Of a stretch of DNA of 64,000 nucleotides, positions 18,275 to 27,209 are shown one piece after another. Each line of letters opens with the position of its first letter. Position 1 is the stretch's first letter. Position numbers and translations under genes: made by a program. This DNA comes from Candidatus Shapirobacteria bacterium (lineage in GTDB: Bacteria > Patescibacteriota > Microgenomatia > UBA12405): contig JAQWFB010000001.1 in NCBI GenBank assembly GCA_028704635.1, forward strand, positions 5,541 to 69,540, read 5' to 3'. The notes below the pieces were generated by a model. It searched no databases, was not told the DNA's origin, and was given only the letters and a program-made list of their open reading frames with translations.

Positions 18275-19471
18275 TTACTTATCCTCATAATCCTTTAATG
18301 TGTACTCTTCTTGATATTCTTTGATTTTGTTTAAAATTTTATTTTGACTGTCTACGGCGTAGACTTTTACAATTCCCATCGTACCAGGAGATGGTGCTCC
18401 TCCACCTGATAATTGTGATTTAACTACTATATTATTTCCAATCACCTTAACTCTAATGTCAGTTCCATCTTCAATTAAAAGATTTGTATTATCATCGACT
18501 ATAGTTGATATGGATAACGTTTGACCGTGACAGCTTGAACAACCTTCTCCATTTAAAAACAAAGCTTGTAGGGTTAATTTTCCAACAGTAAATATTTGAC
18601 TTTTTAAAATTACTTCCCTATATTCATTAACTTTAATTAAAGTTTTGTTTTGATTATCTACTTCGTAGACTTTTACATTAATTGCGTCTTCTCCTGTTCC
18701 CACCATGTCTGATTTGAATCTAACCTCAATAGTATTTTTGTCTACTCTAACATTGATTCCATAACCTTTTTCTTTTAAAAACAAATTATCTTTATCAAAA
18801 ATATATAGTTCCTGGGAAACACTACTAGAAATAGGTATCGTCACTAAACTTTCTAGTTTTGACTCATCAACAACTAATTTAGTTTTATTCAATTTCCATA
18901 GACTCTGATTACCTACCAACTTTGAAATTAATGAATAGCTGTTTAAATATTTACTATCTTCCTTAGACAAGGTGTCATCACGGCGTGGATTGATGTTTTC
19001 CTTAATCTCTCCAGTTATTGGATTCACTATTAAACGGTAAGAAGCCGAATAACTTCCACGGTCTGGTTCATTGTTAGACAACTCAATATTTATTCCATCT
19101 ACTACCTTGGCCGAAATTAAACTAGCATTGGCCTGACCCTGTTGGAATAGTTTGGGATAATTATCCTTTCTTACAGTTAAATCAGGCTTAAAATTGTTCT
19201 CACTTTTATTACCCTCAGTGGGATTAATAAAAATAGAACCTTCTGTTAATTGAATTATTAAAACTCCTTTAGGAGTATCTAGGGAAACACTATAATCCAA
19301 TGGTTTGCTTTTATCCTCAGGAACTACAGTTTTTGAATTGTTTTCAATATCAGTAATAACTTCTCTTGGAATGTGTCGACTTATCTTTTCTCTGACTTTA
19401 CTAAAAAAACCAGCAACTAAACAAAAAACAAAGAATAGTATTAGAATTGAAAATAATTTATTTTTAGTCAT
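18275..19471 (-). CDS. secreted/lipid-anchored hypothetical protein
   Basis: N-terminal signal/TM LFSILILFFVFCLVAGFF, then a beta-rich sequence with no catalytic motif. Confidence 0.4.
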   Translation of the reverse strand: MTKNKLFSILILFFVFCLVAGFFSKVREKISRHIPREVITDIENNSKTVVPEDKSKPLDYSVSLDTPKGVLIIQLTEGSIFINPTEGNKSENNFKPDLTVRKDNYPKLFQQGQANASLISAKVVDGINIELSNNEPDRGSYSASYRLIVNPITGEIKENINPRRDDTLSKEDSKYLNSYSLISKLVGNQSLWKLNKTKLVVDESKLESLVTIPISSSVSQELYIFDKDNLFLKEKGYGINVRVDKNTIEVRFKSDMVGTGEDAINVKVYEVDNQNKTLIKVNEYREVILKSQIFTVGKLTLQALFLNGEGCSSCHGQTLSISTIVDDNTNLLIEDGTDIRVKVIGNNIVVKSQLSGGGAPSPGTMGIVKVYAVDSQNKILNKIKEYQEEYTLKDYEDK

Positions 19472-19590
19472 AGCTTAATTTACTCTAATCATTTCATTAA
19501 CTACTAGTTAGTTAAAATATACCATTTTTAGGCTTAATTATTAACCAACAGTTAATAAACTAATTCCAGTCAAATTGTTACCTTCTATCA

Positions 19591-19809
19591 ATGGAAGACC
19601 GTAAGGTAACGAATAAAGACTTAAAATTTGGTAAGAGACTTCAACGAGTCAGAAAATCGGCTGGTTTCACTCAAGAAAAACTAGCAGAGGGGACAAGACT
19701 AAGCACAACCTTCATAGGATTACTTGAAATTGGTCAAAGACGACCAAGTATGAAAACACTCCAAAAAATCGCATCAACATTGAAAGTAGATGTAAAAGAT
19801 TTGTTTTGA
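19591..19809 (+). CDS. XRE-family HTH transcriptional regulator
   Basis: FTQEKLAEGTRLSTTFIGLLEIGQRRPSMKTLQKIASTL is a Cro/C1-type HTH. It is a paralog of 26391-26600 (shared C-terminal D[IV]KDLF). Confidence 0.7.
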   Translation: MEDRKVTNKDLKFGKRLQRVRKSAGFTQEKLAEGTRLSTTFIGLLEIGQRRPSMKTLQKIASTLKVDVKDLF

Positions 19810-19852
19810 CCGACTAGACTTTATTAACCACTGGTTTATAATTAGGTTAATA

Positions 19853-20167
19853 ATGATATTTCCAAATAATAGTTGGCTAGAAAAACATTGGTGGCATAGA
19901 CTAGCAAAAATCTTCAGAATAATTTTTTCTTTATTTTTTATTTTTGTTGCGATATATTATGTCGCTTTTGTTCCGGTTGTTGATCCTGCCATGAACATTT
20001 CTATTCCAATTTGCGCTGGAATATCAATATTAATTGCCATCTTTGGTTTTCCTCTTTTGTATAAAATTTTACTGTATGTTTTTGTAAGTGATTGGAAAAC
20101 AAAAATTAAACCCGATAAAAAAAGTTCAGAACAAACTAAAGCTAAATGGAATCATACGATAATGTAA
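19853..20167 (+). CDS. small 2-TM membrane protein (hypothetical)
   Basis: Hydrophobic helices. Confidence 0.35.
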   Translation: MIFPNNSWLEKHWWHRLAKIFRIIFSLFFIFVAIYYVAFVPVVDPAMNISIPICAGISILIAIFGFPLLYKILLYVFVSDWKTKIKPDKKSSEQTKAKWNHTIM

Positions 20168-20360
20168 GTTAAAGTCTACCCGCGTAGACAATTACATAAA
20201 ATTTTAAACAATCAATTATTGTTCGTCTTAGTATTGCTGGCAACGAGACAATCATAAATCTTAAATAAGTTTAGGTCGTATTAACACCAAATCTGGCTTC
20301 ACTAAATGACCTAGAATCGTTGGAATATCATTAATCGAGTATAATTAGGTTAGATTAATA

Positions 20361-21053
20361 TTGATATTAAAAATGGACAACAATGTTAGTAAACTGGTTG
20401 TACTAATAACCAAGCAACGAAAATTTATTGAGAGTAATTTTGAGAAATATCGGGAAGAGATTTGCAATCTTGGTGATGACAAAATATTGGAATTTCTTGG
20501 GAGTACCGAAAGTGAAATTGCTTTATGGGAAAAGAGAGTCATTAGGGTGTTAAAAACTTTTAACAAACAAAACTACCTAATCCGTTTTAGTCATCCAAAG
20601 GATATTAAGTCATCCCACAACGCCTATATTACGGAAGCTATCGATTGCAAAGTCATGGCTCAACTTAATGAATTAAACGATATTTTAACTGAACTCGAAA
20701 ATAATAATTTACCAATAAAATCCAAAAAAATTATTCACCAGATTGAATACACTGAAAATCGTGAAATTTTATTAGACGGAAAAGTAATTCATCGATTCCA
20801 ATCAGATTCACCAGGCGAAAATCTTTTTAGCTACTTAATTAATAATCCAAATAAAGTTATTGAATTAAAAGAAATTGAAAAAAACGAAGGTAGAGATGAT
20901 ATTTCTAAAGGAATTCATCAAAAAATTAGAGACTTAGGTTTCAAAGGAAAATTAAAGACGATGTTTTTTCCAGGATTAGATGAACAAAAAATCCAATTTA
21001 TCAACCCAATCACCAAAGCTTACTTAAACGAGAATCACATCTTTGAAACTTAA
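20361..21053 (+). CDS. hypothetical protein
   Basis: 230-aa ORF inside the mobile element with no motif. Confidence 0.35.
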   Translation: MILKMDNNVSKLVVLITKQRKFIESNFEKYREEICNLGDDKILEFLGSTESEIALWEKRVIRVLKTFNKQNYLIRFSHPKDIKSSHNAYITEAIDCKVMAQLNELNDILTELENNNLPIKSKKIIHQIEYTENREILLDGKVIHRFQSDSPGENLFSYLINNPNKVIELKEIEKNEGRDDISKGIHQKIRDLGFKGKLKTMFFPGLDEQKIQFINPITKAYLNENHIFET

Positions 21054-21302
21054 CCAATATCGATAATGTGAAACAGTGTGAAATGATGAGAAATCCCTAA
21101 AGTAGGGCATAACTGATTATACAATCTGTTATGTCAATAAATTTAAATGAAGATTGGCTCAATAGTGAGCTTAAAAAAGAGGTACTCGATCTCTTTCAAC
21201 CTTTGTATAAACACCCATTGACTGAAACTGAAGTAACAAATATTGCCAACACTCTCGCCAACACAGCCGAATTATGGATTAAATTCAACTGGAGGATCGA
21301 TC

Positions 21303-21536
21303 ATGCCAACTAATAACTATAGAACCAAGGATCTAGCTGAATCAGCCACCCTGCTTACCTTAGGACAAAAAATTATTGATGTTGAAAGAATAGACCGTAT
21401 TTGCTGGTTTGTTTTTGCCGATTCAAAAAAATGCCAAAAAATAGCTAATCAATTTTGGTATGACCAATGTCTCGTCGATGCCAAAACTTATTATGATTCG
21501 ATTGTCAGGTTAAAAAATAGAATATTTTCTAGCTAA
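21303..21536 (+). CDS. DUF5659-like small protein typical of integrative elements
   Basis: YRTKDLAESATLLTLGQKIIDVERIDRICWFVFADS...FWYDQ pattern (DL.LAa.L..lG..l / kv.FvF / .Yw). The internal Met start is inferred. Confidence 0.4.
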   Translation: MPTNNYRTKDLAESATLLTLGQKIIDVERIDRICWFVFADSKKCQKIANQFWYDQCLVDAKTYYDSIVRLKNRIFSS

Positions 21537-21555
21537 GAAGACCAAGCAGACAAAT

Positions 21556-22050
21556 ATGATTAAAATTAATAAAAAAGGCTGCACCTGGATTCCAAACTAT
21601 TGGATTGTCGGTGATGACATTTCTGACGCCGCTTTTCGAACTCTTTCAATCATTAGAAGTTACAACTTTGATCAAATTTACCCATCCGTAAAAAGAATTG
21701 CTGAAAGAAGAGGTAAGAGTAGAAGTACCATTTTTCTCCACCTTAAAGAACTAAAGGAGAAGAAATATATTACAACCAAAAGATCAGGATACTCTACTTC
21801 AAATATATACAAATTCAGTAGTCCAGAAAATTGGACTAATGAATCAAACCCGACATCAAATAATGATACTTCTATCGTCCAGGAAACTGGTCTTCAGTCG
21901 TCCAATAATCCAGACCCTAATAATAGTCTTAATAAAGAATTAAAAAATAGTCAAAATCCTTTAAGGGGAGAAGAATTAGAAAAGGCTAAAGAAAATCTTT
22001 TTAATAAACTCCCATGGGTAAACAAAAACAAAAATCATCTTAAAAAGTAA
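21556..22050 (+). CDS. winged-helix DNA-binding protein (replication/excision accessory-like)
   Basis: IAERRGKSRSTIFLHLKELKEKKYITTKR wHTH. Confidence 0.35.
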   Translation: MIKINKKGCTWIPNYWIVGDDISDAAFRTLSIIRSYNFDQIYPSVKRIAERRGKSRSTIFLHLKELKEKKYITTKRSGYSTSNIYKFSSPENWTNESNPTSNNDTSIVQETGLQSSNNPDPNNSLNKELKNSQNPLRGEELEKAKENLFNKLPWVNKNKNHLKK

Positions 22051-22091
22051 TATAATTTTATTAGGGAAACCAATAATAAAATCTCAAATTT

Positions 22092-23699
22092 TTGGAATAT
22101 TCGGTTATATCAATTAATATCAATATGAAAACAAATCAAGACAATTCGTTAAAGTATTGCCAATACTGTCGAAAATCATCCGAGAGTAAAGAAAAACAGG
22201 CCTTATCGATTCCTGATCAAATCAAGGTTTGTGGAGAATATGCTGTCAAAAACGAACTAAATATTGTTGCAAAAATAGAAGAATCAAAATCTTCTTACAA
22301 ACCCCATATCAGACCTGAATTCGATAAAATTTTAAAAATGATTGGCGATAAAAAAATTGATGCAATTCTGACATGGAAACTTGATCGACTATGCCGTAAT
22401 CCAGAAGAAGGTGGAATTCTACTTCAATTACTTCAAGACGGAAAAATAAAAGAAATTAGGACACCAATGGGAGATATTTATACCCAAGAAAGTGATCATT
22501 TAATTCTCCAAATTCATTTTGGAATGGCAAATCAATATTCACGAGCAATCAGTCAAAACGTTCGTCGTGCTCTCGTATGTAAAGCCGAAAGGGGAGAGTT
22601 TACTAAACCTGCTCCACTTGGCTATGAAGGAATCGGTGAAAGTAAAAGTCGTTTGATTAAACCTCATAAATTTGAAGCACCACTTCTAGTTCAAGCTTAT
22701 GAATTAGCTAAATCTGGTCGGTACTCACTAAGTAATATTCAAAAATATTTAAAAGATAACGGTTTAAAAACCAAAAGAGGGAAAGATTTAAGCAAAAGCC
22801 ATTTATATCGAATCCTTACCAGTTCAATTTATTATGGTGTTTTCAACCATAATGGCATTGCTTATCAAGGTAACTATGAACCACTTATCAATAAGTCAAC
22901 CTTTGATGAAGTTCAAATCGCTTTGGGTGTTAGGTCTAAGCCCAAGAAATTAATTTGGGAGTCGGTTTACAATGGCTTATTCTTCTGTCCAGATTGTGGC
23001 TGTGCCATAACCACTGTAAACAAAAAGAAGTTAATTAAAAAAACTAATAAATATGAAACTTACACTTATCTAGTGTGTACTCATCGAAAGGGAAATTGCC
23101 AACAAAAACCAATATCTGCAGATGATTTTGATAAACAAATTATGGCAAAAATCGGGCCACTTAAACTTACCGAAAGAAAATGGGAATTAGCATTAAAACT
23201 ATTTCGAGCCAAAAATGCCAATCAAAATCAAACCCAATCTAAATTTATTGATAACCTTCATTTGCAACTCAAGATTCATCAAGAAAAATTAAATCGACTG
23301 ATTAATATGAGAGCAGGAGACGAAATTACTGCTGAAGAGTTCAAAGAACAAAAATTAATTATCCTTAATGAACAAACACGAATCAGTGAGGCAATCAATC
23401 GATACAACGAAACCAATCAAAATTGGTTGGAACTGTCAGAAAACTTCATAAATAAGGTATTCTTAGCCAAAAAAATATTATCCGATGGTTTACCAGAAGA
23501 AAAAAAGAAACTGATTGATGAGGTCGGTCGGAACTTATTTCTAAACAATAAAAAAGTGGAACTTACCTTAAAAGAACCATACATAGCCATGACAAATCCA
23601 GCTATTTCTAATAATATGCGGGCAATGTGGTCCGAACTTGGAACTTATTTAGATAGGAATGATACAATCAAATATGAATTGTCCACATTGTTTACATAG
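22092..23699 (+). CDS. large serine recombinase (integrase), element 1
   Basis: Resolvase N-domain YCRKSSESKEKQ (Ser nucleophile motif) and LDRLCRN. Recombinase domain, zinc ribbon CPDCGC...C, then a coiled-coil tail. The 3' end spans the right att-like repeat. Confidence 0.85.
   Translation: MEYSVISININMKTNQDNSLKYCQYCRKSSESKEKQALSIPDQIKVCGEYAVKNELNIVAKIEESKSSYKPHIRPEFDKILKMIGDKKIDAILTWKLDRLCRNPEEGGILLQLLQDGKIKEIRTPMGDIYTQESDHLILQIHFGMANQYSRAISQNVRRALVCKAERGEFTKPAPLGYEGIGESKSRLIKPHKFEAPLLVQAYELAKSGRYSLSNIQKYLKDNGLKTKRGKDLSKSHLYRILTSSIYYGVFNHNGIAYQGNYEPLINKSTFDEVQIALGVRSKPKKLIWESVYNGLFFCPDCGCAITTVNKKKLIKKTNKYETYTYLVCTHRKGNCQQKPISADDFDKQIMAKIGPLKLTERKWELALKLFRAKNANQNQTQSKFIDNLHLQLKIHQEKLNRLINMRAGDEITAEEFKEQKLIILNEQTRISEAINRYNETNQNWLELSENFINKVFLAKKILSDGLPEEKKKLIDEVGRNLFLNNKKVELTLKEPYIAMTNPAISNNMRAMWSELGTYLDRNDTIKYELSTLFT
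23623..23655. repeat. right copy of 33-bp direct repeat (att-like)
   Basis: caatgtggtccgaacttggaacttatttagata matches 5173-5205. Confidence 0.6.
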
Positions 23700-24354
23700 T
23701 TTTCACGATAGTCCTTCAAGATTAAAAACAGGTGGTTGGATGTATTATGATAAAACAATTTGGAATTTTGAATATCAAGAATGCCCAGAATGTAAAAAAT
23801 TAATAGGAAAAATTCTCATATCAGAAGATGATGGAATAAAAGAAATAATGGCATATCCTAAAAAAAATTCGCGAACAGTATTGCCTGACTTTATAGATAA
23901 ACAATTTTTAGAAGACTACAACGAAGCATGCTCTGTAATTAATGAAAGTCCCAAAGCAAGTGCAGCACTTAGCCGTAGATGTTTGCAAAATATATTAAGG
24001 GAAAAAGCCATGATTAAACGCTTTGACACAATACAAGGCAAATATATAACAGAAAAAATAACTCCATCTGATTTATCTAAAGAAATTCAACAAGTACTAG
24101 ATATGGGCAACCTTACCTCCAATATAAGTGAAGGATTAGATGCAATTAGGGCGATTGGTAATTTCGCAGCACACCCAATTAAAAGTACTAATACAGGAGA
24201 AATTTTTAGTGTTGAAACTGGAGAAGCTGAATGGAATTTAGAAATACTTGAAAGTTTGTTTGACTATTACTTTATTCAGCCAAAAAATATTCAAGATAAA
24301 AAAAATGCATTGAATATTAAGCTCAAATCAGCCGGTAAACCTGAAATCAAATAA
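23659..24354 (+). CDS. zinc-ribbon + DUF4145-like domain protein
   Basis: N-terminal CPHC...CPEC zinc ribbon. ASAALSRRCLQNILRE resembles the DUF4145 core helix. Confidence 0.45.
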   Translation: MIQSNMNCPHCLHSFHDSPSRLKTGGWMYYDKTIWNFEYQECPECKKLIGKILISEDDGIKEIMAYPKKNSRTVLPDFIDKQFLEDYNEACSVINESPKASAALSRRCLQNILREKAMIKRFDTIQGKYITEKITPSDLSKEIQQVLDMGNLTSNISEGLDAIRAIGNFAAHPIKSTNTGEIFSVETGEAEWNLEILESLFDYYFIQPKNIQDKKNALNIKLKSAGKPEIK

Positions 24355-24494
24355 AATATATAATGTGTATAAAATTCTCTTTTGATAAATTATTGACAAA
24401 GATTTTATAAAATGTAAGACTTTTATAATAAAAAGTAGAAAAGATGATTATATTTGATATAATTCGACACAGTATTATTTAAAAAATAAAAAAA

Positions 24495-24749
24495 ATGCCT
24501 ACCAAAGAACCAAGAGAAATTGTTAATTCAGCTTTAACTTACCTACAAGAAGTTACACCATCAATTCAAAGAATTAGTGATGTTCGACTTGAAGAATTAG
24601 CACCAATAGAAGACGGTGTTAATTGGAGAGTTGTTTTGAGTTATGATGCTGTAGGAGAATTTCCTTTTGATAAAAAAAGAGAATATAAAGAATTTATAGT
24701 AGAGTCGAACACTGGTAAAGTTCTTTCAATGACAATCAAAAAAGTTTAA
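24495..24749 (+). CDS. hypothetical protein
   Basis: 84-aa ORF with no motif. Confidence 0.3.
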   Translation: MPTKEPREIVNSALTYLQEVTPSIQRISDVRLEELAPIEDGVNWRVVLSYDAVGEFPFDKKREYKEFIVESNTGKVLSMTIKKV

Positions 24750-24758
24750 TTATATAGA

Positions 24759-25301
24759 GTGAATAATTTAAGTAGCTTAGAAGAAATTTCGCAATTCAGA
24801 GCAAAACATTATTCGGCTGAATTAATTATAGATACAAATATCCTTTTGTTATTACTAGTCGGAGCATATGATAAAGAATTTTTAACAAATTGTGGTTTAA
24901 TGACTGAAAATGGCAAAAACTACAAAATAGAAGATTATAATGTTCTAATAAAGATAGTTGCTCGTTTTCTTAATAAAATTACTATCACTCCTCAAATTAC
25001 AGCAGAAATCTGGTCTTTATCTAAAACAAAAATACCATCAGTAATATTTAACAAATATTTTTCACAAACATTAGAATCTCTTAAATCTTATCAAGAAAAA
25101 AATATACCACTTTCTGTTATATTACAAAATCATCAACAAGTATTAGAATTTGGATTTACCGATATTGGTTTGACTGAAGCCGCGAGAGAAAACAAAGCTA
25201 TTATTCTCACTGACGAATATCCTTTTTATGCCACATTCAGAGAGAAAATACCCATAATTAAATTTAGCAATATAGTAGCACAACACCTTATAAATAATTA
25301 A
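24759..25301 (+). CDS. PIN-like domain protein
   Basis: LIIDTNILLLLLVG acidic Asp motif and later ILTDEYPFYA. Confidence 0.4.
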   Translation: MNNLSSLEEISQFRAKHYSAELIIDTNILLLLLVGAYDKEFLTNCGLMTENGKNYKIEDYNVLIKIVARFLNKITITPQITAEIWSLSKTKIPSVIFNKYFSQTLESLKSYQEKNIPLSVILQNHQQVLEFGFTDIGLTEAARENKAIILTDEYPFYATFREKIPIIKFSNIVAQHLINN

Positions 25302-25564
25302 TTATTCACTTATTTAAAGTAATTTATAAAAACACAATAAAATACTATAAATAGGGATTTTTATTTTGGATAATTTTATTTAATCTCCAATTTTTTCATT
25401 AATTTCTTCAAGCTTTTTATATACTTCTTCTAAAACTACATCTAGAGATGTCGTTTGACCAGCACTTCCAGCATAAGCAGTTACTATTTCAATAGCTTTT
25501 AAAAATAAATTAGATTTTGAATATGACATATTAAATCTCCAACAAATTATTAATTAATATAATT

Positions 25565-26290
25565 CTAACAAATTTGTATTTTCCTACACAAGTAAACCAA
25601 TTCAGATGAATCTTTAGGGTCTTCTTGATGAAAATTTTCAAGTTTATCAACTAAAAACTTGTGTAAGAATTTACTGTTTCTAATTAAACTTAAAATTATT
25701 TTCGGGACAAACTTACTTATCGTTGTAATTTCATTACTTGAACTAACTCCTTTAATTTCCAAAATTTCAAACGAATTTCTTTCTAATAATTGCTTCATCT
25801 CTTCCAAAGTAAATTCTTTAATATGAAATTTATTCAATCCTAAAGATTTATCTTTATTTGGAGTTGTTAAAAACAATAAACCACCTGTTGTTAAAGACTT
25901 GGATAAATTTGATAAATAAAATTCATAATTTTTCAAATGTTCCAGCACATCCAAAGAAATTACTAAATCATAATAATTAGATTCAAATTCTGTTTTATTA
26001 AAATCTTTAATTCCAAAATTAAGTGATTTACTTTGATTTTTATCTTGGCAATAATTAATTGCTTCTTTGTCAATATCAAAAGCATCAACCTTTTTTGCTC
26101 CTAAAGATAAAAGAATTGGTTCTGTTAATCCATACCCACACCCAGCATCTAAAACACATTTATTTAATGCCGAAGGTATAAGAGTGGAAACTTTATCATG
26201 ATATTTTTTCAACCAATATAATTCAGAATTATTTGGGTTATATCTTTCAGTTGAAGCTATCCCTTTCTTTAAATTTTTGACACCTTTCAT
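25565..26290 (-). CDS. class I SAM-dependent methyltransferase (small-molecule/RNA type)
   Basis: Motif I VLDAGCGYGL, acidic loop DAFDID, motif DLVISLDVLEHL. Confidence 0.65.
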   Translation of the reverse strand: MKGVKNLKKGIASTERYNPNNSELYWLKKYHDKVSTLIPSALNKCVLDAGCGYGLTEPILLSLGAKKVDAFDIDKEAINYCQDKNQSKSLNFGIKDFNKTEFESNYYDLVISLDVLEHLKNYEFYLSNLSKSLTTGGLLFLTTPNKDKSLGLNKFHIKEFTLEEMKQLLERNSFEILEIKGVSSSNEITTISKFVPKIILSLIRNSKFLHKFLVDKLENFHQEDPKDSSELVYLCRKIQIC

Positions 26291-26390
26291 AGTTAATTAT
26301 TTTATTGAATAAATTTACCTTACTTGTCGCTATTTTTAATATAAATAGGAAATATATTTCCTGTTGAAATAATGACATTTATGTCAGATT

Positions 26391-26600
26391 TTGTCAATGA
26401 CAACTAAATATCAAAAACTAGGTGAGAGAGTAAAAGAGTTAAGAAAAGACAGGGGATTATCCCAAGAACAGTTAGCCGAAATGGTTAAATGTGATGTTAG
26501 AACTATTGTTGCAATTGAAGGTGGTAAAAGAAATCCAACATTAGACACAATGAATAAAATTGCCAAAGCTGTAAACGCCGATATAAAAGATTTATTTTAG
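26391..26600 (+). CDS. XRE-family HTH transcriptional regulator (paralog of 19591-19809)
   Basis: LSQEQLAEMVKCDVRTIVAIEGGKRNPTLDTMNKIAKAV HTH. Confidence 0.7.
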   Translation: MSMTTKYQKLGERVKELRKDRGLSQEQLAEMVKCDVRTIVAIEGGKRNPTLDTMNKIAKAVNADIKDLF

Positions 26601-26618
26601 TTTTCTTTAGGTTAAATT

Positions 26619-26703
26619 ATTTTTTTCTCACCCCGACCTTAAAAGTTGCACTCATGTGAGGCGTAGCCGAGCATGAGATAATGCGACTTTGGGTTGGGGT
26701 GAA
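26619..26703. repeat. structured repeat unit: copy 2 of the 7076-7112 repeat plus its inverted partner (gggttggggtgaaa) enclosing an inner ctcatg/catgag stem
   Basis: tctcaccccgacc...ggttggggtga imperfect inverted repeat ~60 nt apart. Candidate small RNA or recombination site. Confidence 0.45.
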
Positions 26704-27209
26704 ATATATCAACCATTGGAATTAGTAAAGACTTTATGGAGTTTTTGGAGCTCATGGAATCACCGATAATGTGATATTATTATCTTAATTATAAATTCTG
26801 CTTTTGTAGAATTTAGACGTTCTTTTAATAATCAGGACATTTTTATAAAAAAAAGATACGTAATCGTAGCAATATAAAAATATCTGATTCCCAGACAAAA
26901 GGGTACTAAATAATGTCGGCATTTGATACTTTACAAGCCTTGTACATTTCCCAAAACACAAACGGTGTAATCGATAAACAAACAGACTATAGAATTCAAT
27001 CTAAACTTTCAGTCCATATGTTTATTTATTGCGCCTAAATCTGCAAAAGTCCTAAAAACGGACTTTTGTGATTTCTCCAAATCAAACTCTAAAAATAGAA
27101 AAATATTTTCAGACAACTTATTGCCAGAAATTAACACATCAAGAAATCGAAGAGATAACCCAAAGTCTTAAATACCTTGGTAAGGCAATAGTCCGTTTTC
27201 ATTTACTAA

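Larger units (their letters stand above)
5173..23655. mobile_element. integrative element 1 (~18.5 kb) bounded by direct repeats, carrying defence cargo and a serine recombinase
   Basis: Direct repeats at both ends, recombinase at the right end, and XRE/DUF5659/wHTH maintenance genes. Spot counts show higher GC (~37%) in the 8.7-18 kb operon versus ~30% in the backbone. Confidence 0.55.

Noticed and set aside
18275-19471. Checked whether this secreted protein could be the missing PLD (HxK) nuclease DrmC of DISARM
   Set aside because: No HxK(x4)D motif is present. It has an N-terminal signal peptide and beta-rich sequence, so it is more likely an unrelated surface protein.
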